Shown: one piece after another, positions 10,188 through 18,904 of the stretch
How the letters are laid out: each line of letters starts with the position of its first letter
Numbering within the stretch: the stretch's first letter is position 1
Assembly (NCBI GenBank): GCA_965140415.1
Contig: OZ223209.1
Span: forward strand, 3,232,001 to 3,296,000
Reading direction: 5' to 3'
DNA length: 64,000 nucleotides
DNA from: Myxococcota bacterium
Lineage (GTDB): Bacteria; Myxococcota_A; SURF-8
Notes under the pieces: model-generated
The model's input: the letters and a program-made list of their open reading frames with translations, nothing else
What the model was told of the DNA's origin: nothing
Databases searched by the model: none
Position numbers and translations under genes: made by a program

Positions 10188-10616
10188 ATGTCCGTGGCAA
10201 AAGATGGAAACGTCGTTCAGGTTCATTACACCGGAACGCTTGATGATGGTCAGACTTTCGATTCCTCTCGCGAACGCGAGCCGTTGGAATTCACGATCGG
10301 CCAGGGACAGATGATCCCCGGTTTTGAAAAAGCGGTTGTTGGTATGGCGGTTGGTGAAAGCAAAAGCGTTACCATCCCCTCAGAGGAAGCGTATGGTCCG
10401 CATCGCCCGGAAATGACAATGAAAATGGAAAAAGACAAGTTCCCCGACGGTGTAGATCCTCAAGTGGGAATGCAGTTCCAGGTCGGCTCCGAGAGCGGTT
10501 CCACCGTTATGGTGACCGTGGCCAAAGTCGAAGATGACGGCGTGACGTTGGATGCCAATCATCCTTTGGCGGGTAAGGACTTGACCTTCGAAATCGAAGT
10601 GATGTCGATTCAGTAG
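10188..10616 (+). CDS. FKBP-type peptidyl-prolyl isomerase (SlyD-like, no His-rich tail)
   Basis: VHYTGTLDDGQTFDSS, LDANHPLAGKDLTF. Confidence 0.93.
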   Translation: MSVAKDGNVVQVHYTGTLDDGQTFDSSREREPLEFTIGQGQMIPGFEKAVVGMAVGESKSVTIPSEEAYGPHRPEMTMKMEKDKFPDGVDPQVGMQFQVGSESGSTVMVTVAKVEDDGVTLDANHPLAGKDLTFEIEVMSIQ

Positions 10617-10651
10617 TCGAGAAGTTGTAACTAACGATCCAGGGGAAAGTC

Positions 10652-11200
10652 ATGTATTTCGATGCGATTGGTGAAGTGAACACGCAGAAAACGTTGGAGT
10701 TGGCGGCAGAACGGGCCAGAGAACTTGGAATCAAGGAATTGGTTCTCGCCACGACCAGTGGCCGCACCGCACGGGAAGCGCTGAAGATCTGCCCGGATTT
10801 GTCAATCACGGCAGTCAGTTATCATGCAGGCTTCAAAGAACCGTTCAAGCTTACACTTTCCGATGAAGAACGGAAATCATTGGAAGAGCAAGGGGTAAAG
10901 GTTGTTTGCGCTACCCATGCATTAAGTGGCGTGGAACGAGGTTTATCCCAGAAGCATGCCGGTTTGTATCCGGTGTTGTTGGTGGCGGACACGCTTAAAC
11001 TGTTCGGGCAGGGCTTGAAGGTTGCTGTGGAAGTGTCTATTATGGCTGCTGATTCCGGCGCTTTGTCCGGCAATCGAGTTGTCGCTGTGGGCGGTTCCGG
11101 TAAAGGTTGCGATGCGGCGCTGGTGCTGACCCCGGCCAATCAGAATCGCTTCTTCGACTTGAAAATTCACGAAGTCATCTGCAAGCCGAATCTTTACTGA
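10652..11200 (+). CDS. Pyruvate kinase C-terminal alpha/beta-domain-like protein (MTH1675-type)
   Basis: NTQKTLELA...VLATTSGRTA...HALSGVER...FGQGLKVAVEVSIMAADSG. Confidence 0.8.
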   Translation: MYFDAIGEVNTQKTLELAAERARELGIKELVLATTSGRTAREALKICPDLSITAVSYHAGFKEPFKLTLSDEERKSLEEQGVKVVCATHALSGVERGLSQKHAGLYPVLLVADTLKLFGQGLKVAVEVSIMAADSGALSGNRVVAVGGSGKGCDAALVLTPANQNRFFDLKIHEVICKPNLY

Positions 11201-11314
11201 TAGTGGGATTCTGCGTGTCGGACGATCTTATTTGTACGGCTTTTTAAGAAAGTAAAAAAATCTTTAAAAAGCCTTGATCTTTGCAAGATCCTGTTGTACA
11301 ACTCATTTCGCTGT

Positions 11315-11391
11315 TGCGGGGTGGAGCAGTCTGGTAGCTCGTCGGACTCATGATCCGAAGGTCGCCGGTTCGAATCCGGCCCCCGCTACCA
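11315..11391 (+). tRNA. tRNA-Met(CAT), initiator-type body with an atypical anticodon arm
   Basis: Cloverleaf with U1:U72 mismatch, A11:U24 pair, anticodon CAT at 11349-11351, GGTTCGAATCC T-loop and encoded CCA. Confidence 0.93.
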
Positions 11392-11400
11392 AAACACATT

Positions 11401-11435
11401 CGGACCGAAGATGAAACATTCTTCGGTCCGTTTTG
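11401..11435. terminator. Intrinsic terminator after the tRNA (possibly also serving the convergent helicase gene)
   Basis: CGGACCGAAGA-loop-TCTTCGGTCCG followed by TTTTG. Confidence 0.8.
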
Positions 11436-11438
11436 CGT

Positions 11439-13807
11439 TTATGAATCGATTCCTTTCCAGAAGTCAGCCACGGCGTTTTCCAATTCTTCTGAGTTCCGAC
11501 ACTCGATGGCCTGTCGCCATTCCTGCGAAAAAAGCTCCTGATAACGGCGATGTGAGAACCGCTCGTCGATCAGCACGACCAGACCGGTATCCGTTTCGCT
11601 GCGAATGACGCGGCCTGCCGCCTGCCATACGCGATTCAATCCGGGAAACTGGTAGGCGAATTCGAAACCGGAGCGATTCTTTTCATCGAAATAGGATCGG
11701 ATCAGATCCCGTTCCATGCAGAGTTGAGGCAGGCCGACGCCGATCACGATCACTCCGCTTAAACGTTCGCCGGTCAAATCGATGCCTTCTCCGAATATCC
11801 CGCCCATAACGGCAAAGCCGATCAGACTTTTTATAGGGGATTCCGTAAAGTTAGCGAGAAACGACTCGCGCTCTTCTTCCGCCATCGAAGGTGTTTGAAC
11901 AGCGTTTGGCATTTGACTTCCAAGGTTTCGAAGCAGGACAGCACGTCCCGCAAATACTGATAGGATGGGAAATACGCCAGGTAGTTTCCGATACGGGAAG
12001 ACACAATGTTGTGCAGGTTTTGGGCGATAACTTCATAAGAATCGGCTCTGCGTTTATAGCTTGTAGCGATGCCATGATGGACAAAGCGCCCCAGGTTCTC
12101 TTTCGGAAATGGCGAGGGCAACTCTCCGCTGGTATCATCCGGTTGGGCTCCATAGAGTTCCATGAAGTAAGGCAAGGGGGAAAGCGTCGCCGAAAAAAAG
12201 ATGGTGGCGCGAAATCGCCCGGTGGCTTGAGCCAGTAGCTCGCTCGGGTCCAGGCAATAAAGCCGTACCCGACAATCGGAGGCAGCCGCTTGCAGGATGC
12301 TGCGATAGTGATCGTCGAACAACTCTTCGGTGCGCAGATAGCGTAACACCTCGAAATAACAATCTAATATTACTTCCATATTAGGACTTTGCGGATTCTC
12401 CAGCAACCATTTTTCAGCGGCGGTGCTAAAGCTTCGCAGCCGCTTGGAGAGTTTGGCTATCGGTTCAGCTTGTATCAAACGCTTTTCAGGTTGAACCTCG
12501 CAGAGCTTTCGAATTTCCAGCATGGATGAGTTGATGTGAGAGACCAACTTCGCGCCTTTAGGCCAACTCTCTTTTAGTTCGCGTTTCAAGGCAAGAAAGG
12601 TCGCCTTGTTCAATTCCGCCGAAAACATGTCGCGTGCGCGATCGGCGAGATTGTGGGCTTCGTCGATCAGCAGGATGAAGTCGGTTTCTCCATTTTCGAA
12701 AAAACGCCGCAACGACACGCGCGGATCGAAGACATAATTGTAATCGCAGATGACCACATCCGCCCAGAGCGAAAGATCCAGCGAGAACTCAAACGGACAA
12801 ACCCTGTGCTTTTTCGCTGTACTTTCAACAACTTCTCTCGTCCACGTGTCTTGCATGAAGAGATCGGCGGTGGCGTCGTTGATGCGATCGAAATGACCGC
12901 GAGCATAGGGACATTCGTCCGGGTGACAGGCGGCTTCCGGTTCGAAACAGATTTTCTCTTTGGCGGTCAAGGTCAGGCTCTTCAATTTCAAACCGGAGCG
13001 GGACATTTCTTCAATCGCCTGCTGAGCGACCGTTCTGCCAATGGTTTTGGCCGTCAAGTAAAAGACTTTCGAAGACAAGCCTTCGCCAAGGGCTTTGACT
13101 GCGGGAAAAAGAACGGCAATGGTTTTACCGATGCCGGTTGGAGCCTGCGCGAAAAGATTATGCTGTTCCTGAATGGAGCGATACACGGCAACGGACAAAT
13201 TGCGCTGTCCCGCCCGATAATCCTGAAACGGGAAACTCAGTGTTTGAATGCTGGAGTTTCTCTTGCTGTGCCATTCTTTAAGCGTTTTCGCCCAGTTGGA
13301 ATACCGTTGCAGCAGATCGAAAAAGAAGTCGGATAACTGCTCGAAGGAAAAGTCGTCGTTGAATTCCTTTGTCTCTGCGCTGTCCAACTGGAAATACGTA
13401 AGCTGTACACCCATTTTCGGAAGCTGATATTCCAACGCGTAGAGATACGCATAGCATTTCGCCTGCGCCCAATGCTGTGGATAGCTATGAAATTCAATCG
13501 TTTCCAGCGCTTTCGAGGTGGTTTTGATTTCGTCGATGACCACGGGATCATGTCCGGAATACACGCCGTCCGCACGTCCCTGTACGCGAATGCCAAGACC
13601 ATCGACTTCGTAAATGGTACTCAATGCCACTTCGGATTGATAACTTTCCGGGCGTGATTTCTGAACTTTCTGATGACCTTTTGTGCCAGCCACCGCGCGG
13701 CTGCTGCCTACGAATTCCGTTCGCAAATCGCCCTGACGAAGCACGAATTCGACTAACTCGCGAACGGAAATAGATAGATCCGGTGTTTCTAAACGTGACG
13801 TCGTCAT
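11439..13807 (-). pseudogene. PD-(D/E)XK nuclease-fused DinG/XPD-family Fe-S helicase, split by a 1-nt frameshift near 11900 (real lesion or assembly error)
   Basis: ORF 11831-13807: QGRADG..DEIKT..WAQAKCY, APTGIGKT, Fe-S cysteines, IDEAHN, FSATL. ORF 11439-11912 supplies the C-terminal motifs GGIFGEGID, GVGLP, QAAGRVIR. Confidence 0.82.
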
Positions 13808-14634
13808 TCAGAAAATGCCCGCTCGTTTTCAAGGCAGGAGATCGTGGAGAGAATCATGTTTTTCATGCTCACGTTTCCCATGCAGATCAGGCGAACCATC
13901 CAATCTTCTTTAAGTTTTGCTCGCTTCATGATTTCCGTAGCGTTATTACCTTGTTGCCAGAGAAGTTTTACCGAACCGTAAAAATCTTCTAAAAACTGAA
14001 GCTTGGCTTTCATGTGGTCGTGACCTTCAGTCAATCGCGGATGATGGCAGCAGAAAATGGTATCGAATTCGTATGTAAGAATCTTTTGCAGCGAATGGAT
14101 TTGATCCAGAATGCGTTCGTCTGCGCGAAAGAACTTGATGCGGTCAGCCAGATACAGATCGCCTGAAAAAAGCCAGCCCCGATTTTTTTCAAGATAGACG
14201 CAGTGATCTTTGCTGTGACCGGGAGTATGAATCGGCGTCAAGCGATAGTTTCCAAGATCGATATCTTCGTTGCATTCCGACATTTCCATGCGCTCCGCCG
14301 CCCCCCAGACGAAATGCTGATATGGAAAAATTCGCGACGGTTTTTGCATTGATTCAACGGTCAATGAATGCCCAAGTACTGGAATATTATATCGATTTGA
14401 GATTACGGCGGCGTTACCGGAATGGTCTTCGTGATGATGCGTTAACAGAATGCGCTGCGGCTTTTTCGAATCGACCCACTCCAAAACCGCCCGACGCATG
14501 TTGCGCTGCCCGGTGTCGATCAAGGTTGAATTCAGCGAATAAAGATAAACGGTCATCAAAGGAGGCAGAAAAGGACCATATCCCAATTCCAGAGCCTGTA
14601 CTTCCTTGAAATCATGTGCTTTTATAATGTGCAT
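13804..14634 (-). CDS. Metallo-beta-lactamase fold hydrolase
   Basis: LIDTG, LTHHHEDHSG, HTPGHS, FSGD; stop overlaps the helicase start. Confidence 0.92.
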   Translation of the reverse strand: MHIIKAHDFKEVQALELGYGPFLPPLMTVYLYSLNSTLIDTGQRNMRRAVLEWVDSKKPQRILLTHHHEDHSGNAAVISNRYNIPVLGHSLTVESMQKPSRIFPYQHFVWGAAERMEMSECNEDIDLGNYRLTPIHTPGHSKDHCVYLEKNRGWLFSGDLYLADRIKFFRADERILDQIHSLQKILTYEFDTIFCCHHPRLTEGHDHMKAKLQFLEDFYGSVKLLWQQGNNATEIMKRAKLKEDWMVRLICMGNVSMKNMILSTISCLENERAFSE

Positions 14635-14813
14635 CGACTTGACTTCTTCTCCACTTACATCCAGAAATCGCCCGTGACGTGTGGTGGTCTGCTTCTATCA
14701 CCTTTGAACTTTATTTCGTTTTCGACCATTCACGCAAGCATAGTATCATAAATATCGATTCCCCCTGCCCTTCTTTTATAGTGAGCCAATAGTTACGGCA
14801 AACGGCTATATTG

Positions 14814-14866
14814 GACGCGAAACGACCGGTAAACGAACAGTAAATAGCCGCCAAAAGACCGTAAAT
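14814..14866 (+). repeat. 53-bp phased five-unit array, copy 1
   Basis: gacgcgaaac gaccggtaaac gaacagtaaat agccgccaaaa gaccgtaaat (10-11-11-11-10). Confidence 0.7.
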
Positions 14867-14960
14867 TGCCAGTGGTCCATTCACGCATGTTGTCAGTTGC
14901 TGTCTGCTGTTATATTACGCTGCGAAGTGCTGCCTCATGCTGCACTATAAAGCACTGTCA

Positions 14961-15013
14961 CTCTTCGTGCCTTTAGTGGCGTTTTACTGGTTGTTTACTG
15001 TGCGTTACCGTGC
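14961..15013 (-). repeat. 53-bp phased five-unit array, copy 2 (inverted relative to copy 1, more diverged)
   Basis: Minus strand: gcacggtaac gcacagtaaac aaccagtaaaa cgccactaaag gcacgaagag. Confidence 0.55.
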
Positions 15014-15134
15014 CAAGGCGGTCGTGCCCGATGCTATCTTATTTACAAGTTCTCTCTCTGCATGAGCATACCAATATATCATGTTCCAGCGTCGAGGAAT
15101 TAAGCGGTGACAGTCAAGCATCCGATTGTTGCAT

Positions 15135-15249
15135 AAAATAAGAACCCCGTAAGCAGTGCGGGCGCCCCCCCAACCTGCTTACGGGGTTTACTACAGGGAG
15201 ACCATCTTATTATTCTAAAACTGGGACTCGCCACGGGCCCTGTAGTGAG
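15135..15249 (-). ncRNA. Candidate ~115-nt small RNA (two stem-loops ending in an intrinsic terminator)
   Basis: Stem 15190-15198/15238-15246 (ACTACAGGG/CCCTGTAGT); 14-bp stem 15143-15156/15175-15188 followed on the minus strand by CTTATTTT; sigma54-like promoter directly upstream; no ORF in the track. Confidence 0.6.
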
Positions 15250-15259
15250 TCATATCATA

Positions 15260-15275
15260 TGAAAAATGCGTGCCA
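15260..15275 (-). promoter_or_regulatory. Putative sigma54 (-24/-12) promoter
   Basis: Minus strand TGGCACGCATTTTTCA versus consensus TGGCACGNNNNTTGCA; one mismatch, in the -12 GC. Confidence 0.55.
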
Positions 15276-15351
15276 CCTTTCTAAGCAGTAGTAATTCCAC
15301 AAGATAATTAATATACTTACCTGAAACCATCAAAAACACGCCCGGAAACTC

Positions 15352-15462
15352 TGACAATCGTGTCGCAGTGTCAAGAGATAGGTAAAGAAAAGCTGTCTAT
15401 CGATGTTTTATTCGGGACTTCCGGCTAAAACTCCTGGAAGAGCAAGCACGACAGATTTGTCA
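15352..15462. promoter_or_regulatory. Two palindromic YGACA-N4-TGTCR sites (15352-15365, 15449-15462); candidate enhancer-binding-protein UAS
   Basis: TGACAatcgTGTCG and CGACAgattTGTCA, roughly 80 and 175 bp upstream of the sigma54-like box. Confidence 0.5.
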
Positions 15463-15892
15463 TGCTCTCCCTGAAAACGGGCAAATTTGCTTAAGTTACA
15501 ATGACCTGTAAACCGAAGTCATTTAAATCCAGAAGCGCCCCCAATTCCCCAATCTTCTCGTTCTCAAAATCAGCGATTACCAACGATGCCACTCAAGTAA
15601 GCGACTCAAAGTTAAATTATTGCTAAACAGTGGAAATAAAACGCTTTCCCCGCCCGTCCATTCATTAGCTCAATAGAGCACCGTTTTTGTGATACTTTAT
15701 GATAATACTCGATGCAACAAGGTTTTAAGGAAACCGTAGAATGTCCCCAAACAAGTTTCTTTTCAATTGGAAATATTCACGGATCGATTCCCCTCTATCA
15801 GGATGCCAACTCAACTGGCAGATTCAGTACGAAACCAAAACCATTTCCGGTTTTTATAAAAGCAACCGGCACCAACCAATGGAGGATACGAG

Positions 15893-17158
15893 ATGTCCAA
15901 CTGGGATCTGAAAGAATTCAATACCCACCTGCTTCGCTGGGAAGAACGTCGTCAGGCGCTACGTGAGCAATCTCAAAAGCTTAGGGCAAGCAACCTGCCG
16001 TTGAAGTTTTTGCGCCAGCAATCTCACTTCACCACTCCCGCCAGCAATTACGACATGGTATTGAAAGCCGTCGAAAAAGGCAGCTCGGCAACCCGCAAGA
16101 TTCTGGAAAAATTCGATATTTCCACCACTCAATTAGCCGAGACGTTGGATATTTCCACCGCTTTTCTGGAAAGAGAATTGCAGCGCGATCCCGGTGCACC
16201 ATTGGTGATGGTCGATGGCGAAGACGCACAGGCACTGAGAGACGATGTCGTGGAGCGCGGGCGCGCCAATGCAATCCGAATTTTCAAGGAAGCCAACTGG
16301 GGTAAAACCCTGCGTTTTTATCGCCCCAGCGGGCTGAATCTGGATTACTCCTTAAAAGATATCCTGATCGTTCTCACCGAAAGCGCCAAGGGCTTGCCAC
16401 CGGAGAAATTCCCCATCGACGGCATTATCTGGCCCAAGGCCGAACACCCGGAAGAGATCGCCTTGATCGTTGAAATTCTTGGTGAAATCGAACACAATCT
16501 CGGACTTGCTGAGAATAGCATCAAAATGCAGTTCCTGGTCGAATCCGGCTACGGAGCCGCCCAGCTGCCTTCGTTGGTCAAGGCTGCCATCGGTCGTCTT
16601 GCCGGCCTGGTTTGGGGCATTGCCGATTATTCGGCAGACATCGGATTGCCGGAGATCGAAAACGGCCACCCGGTTTGCGACTGGGTCCGTTCGAACATCA
16701 TCAATATGGCAGGAGCTGCCAACGTTCCCGCCATCGATAATATGACCGTCAATTACCCGGTTCCCAATAAAGATCTTTCCTTGGCTGAAAACAGAAAGCT
16801 GATACTGGATCGCACCCGCGAGGTCTATTTGGACGCCGTGCATGGACGCGATCTTGGTATGGATGGAAAATGGGTCGGCCATCCGTTGCAGCTATTCGCC
16901 GTCAAGCTGGCTTATCGCCTGGGACTTACAGAAGAAGATGTCAAGGCCGAAGTCGACAAGATCGACGCCTACACCCAGGCCGTCGATGCCGAACAGGGAG
17001 CGACGATCATCAAAGGCGTTATGAGCGACCGGGCGACCGACCGGCATGCGCGCTTGAAGCTGCGCAAGGCGGTTGCGTTGGGAATGCTGGATGCCCACAA
17101 AGGCGTTGAGCTGGGAATCGTTACACAACAAGAAGCGGATGAACTCAAGCAAGGCTAG
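15893..17158 (+). CDS. CitE/HpcH-family CoA-ester lyase, probable malyl-CoA/beta-methylmalyl-CoA lyase
   Basis: MVDGEDA, WPKAE, LVES, WGIADYSADIG, GMDGKWVGHP motifs; first gene of the ethylmalonyl-CoA operon; RBS GGAGG. Confidence 0.75.
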   Translation: MSNWDLKEFNTHLLRWEERRQALREQSQKLRASNLPLKFLRQQSHFTTPASNYDMVLKAVEKGSSATRKILEKFDISTTQLAETLDISTAFLERELQRDPGAPLVMVDGEDAQALRDDVVERGRANAIRIFKEANWGKTLRFYRPSGLNLDYSLKDILIVLTESAKGLPPEKFPIDGIIWPKAEHPEEIALIVEILGEIEHNLGLAENSIKMQFLVESGYGAAQLPSLVKAAIGRLAGLVWGIADYSADIGLPEIENGHPVCDWVRSNIINMAGAANVPAIDNMTVNYPVPNKDLSLAENRKLILDRTREVYLDAVHGRDLGMDGKWVGHPLQLFAVKLAYRLGLTEEDVKAEVDKIDAYTQAVDAEQGATIIKGVMSDRATDRHARLKLRKAVALGMLDAHKGVELGIVTQQEADELKQG

Positions 17159-17185
17159 CTCGAATCCGGCATTAAAGGAGATTCC

Positions 17186-18901
17186 ATGTCGAACGAAAAG
17201 AATGTCGTCCAACTCGATGCTGCGGCTCACGCTCTACAGTTGCTGTTCGATCTGCTGAATTCCGCCAGCAGCGAATTGAAGGCACGAAGCAGTAAGGATG
17301 GCAGGCTGTCCACGTCCTTGTTGGATAAGAACCAGTTGGCCTCCTACGACCTGGCCCTTTGCTATGCCGAAGCCACAGCGGCACGTTTCGTGCTGGACTA
17401 TGCCCGGCGAGTCGAGCAGGCTCGGGGGAACGATCAACCGGAGTTCGCCATAGAGCAAAGGCTGGCCACATTTTTCACGGCGGAGGCGATTCAGTCGATT
17501 CGAGGACGACTCGGAGCCCGTCCTTCCGATTTCGGGCTGACCGGCACTCTTTTGGATACGACCTTCGGCGATGATTCCGTTCATGGCTTTCTGATGCATG
17601 AGCTTTCCGTTGCACATATTGAAGAGCTGGGTCAGCGAATTGCGGAGTTGAATGGCCGCACGGGTGCGTATCTGATTGAGGAAGATCACGAAATGATGCG
17701 CGAGAACTTCCGCAAGTTCGCAAACGATGTCGTCATGCCGCTTGCCGAGTCGATCCATCGCGACGATCTGATCATTCCCGGCGAAATCCTGGAACCTTTA
17801 AAAGAACTCGGCTGCTTTGGTTTGTCTATCCCGGAGCGTTTCGGCGGTCTGCAAAGCGACGATCATGAAGACAACATGGGAATGATCGTCGTTACCGAAG
17901 AACTTTCTCGCGGCTCTCTGGGTGCGGCGGGCAGCTTGATTACTCGCCCGGAAATCCTTGCCCGAGCTTTACTGAAGGGTGGCACCGAAACGCAAAAAGA
18001 AACCTGGCTGCCTAAGCTGGCAATGGGCGAGCCGCTATGCGCCGTGGCCGTAACCGAACCGGACTACGGCTCGGATGTGGCCGGGATGAAATTCAAGGCG
18101 ACCAGAACCGAAGGCGGTTGGCTGCTCAATGGCTCGAAAAGCTGGTGTACCTTTGGCGGTAAAGCCGGTGTGCTTTTGGTGCTAGCCCGCACCAATCCGG
18201 ACATGAAACTGGGACATCGCGGATTATCGATGTTTTTGGTGGAAAAGCCCTCCACCGATGGTCATGAATTCGAGCACGAGCTTCCCAACGGCGGAAAAGT
18301 CAGCGGTCGCGCCATTCCCACTATCGGCTATCGCGGAATGCATTCTTTCGATGTGTTCTTCGAAGACGTCTTTGTGCCGAACGAAAACCTGCTTGGCGGC
18401 GAAGAAGGCGAAGGCAAAGGCTTTTACTTTACCATGGCAGGTTTCAGCGGCGGACGCATCCAAACCGCCGCCAGAGCGGTTGGCGTGATGCAGGCTGCGT
18501 TTGAAAAAGCCGTCAGCTATGCTTCGGAACGCAAGGTATTCGGCAAGCCGATTGGAGAATATCAACTGACGCTCGTCAAGCTGGCCCGCATGGCTGCGCA
18601 CCTATTGGCTACGCGCCAGTTCACCTATTCCGTCGCACGCTTGATGGATCAGGGCCAGGGATCGATGGAAGCGAGCCTGGTGAAACTGTTTGCAGGCCGT
18701 AGCGCAGAATGGATCACACGCGAAGCGGTGCAGATCCACGGCGGCATGGGTTACGCCGAGGAAACCGCCGTCAGTCGCTATTTTCTCGATGCCCGCGTGC
18801 TCTCCATCTTTGAAGGAGCGGAAGAAACGCTTGCGCTGAAAGTGATCGCGCGCTCCTTGATCGAAAACGCCGCAGTCCTTTCCAATCCGGCGGAGGTATA
18901 A
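17186..18901 (+). CDS. mcd: Acyl-CoA dehydrogenase, probable (2S)-methylsuccinyl-CoA dehydrogenase
   Basis: Long N-terminal extension; VVTEELSRGSLG.AGSLITRPEI, AVTEPDYGSD, IGYRGM, RIQTAARA, QIHGGMGY, IFEGAEE; operon context. Confidence 0.8.
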   Translation: MSNEKNVVQLDAAAHALQLLFDLLNSASSELKARSSKDGRLSTSLLDKNQLASYDLALCYAEATAARFVLDYARRVEQARGNDQPEFAIEQRLATFFTAEAIQSIRGRLGARPSDFGLTGTLLDTTFGDDSVHGFLMHELSVAHIEELGQRIAELNGRTGAYLIEEDHEMMRENFRKFANDVVMPLAESIHRDDLIIPGEILEPLKELGCFGLSIPERFGGLQSDDHEDNMGMIVVTEELSRGSLGAAGSLITRPEILARALLKGGTETQKETWLPKLAMGEPLCAVAVTEPDYGSDVAGMKFKATRTEGGWLLNGSKSWCTFGGKAGVLLVLARTNPDMKLGHRGLSMFLVEKPSTDGHEFEHELPNGGKVSGRAIPTIGYRGMHSFDVFFEDVFVPNENLLGGEEGEGKGFYFTMAGFSGGRIQTAARAVGVMQAAFEKAVSYASERKVFGKPIGEYQLTLVKLARMAAHLLATRQFTYSVARLMDQGQGSMEASLVKLFAGRSAEWITREAVQIHGGMGYAEETAVSRYFLDARVLSIFEGAEETLALKVIARSLIENAAVLSNPAEV

Positions 18902-18904
18902 ACC

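Noticed and set aside
11890-11915. Programmed ribosomal frameshift in the helicase
   Set aside because: There is no slippery sequence or obvious stimulatory structure; a simple 1-nt loss explains it.
14795-14860. c-di-GMP-I riboswitch-like words (GGCAAAC...GGACGC.AAA...CCGGT)
   Set aside because: There is no P2 stem with a GNRA loop and no adjacent downstream gene on that strand. The phased array explains the sequence better.
11392-15890. Genomic island integrated at the tRNA-Met
   Set aside because: No integrase and no duplicated tRNA 3' end were seen in the window.
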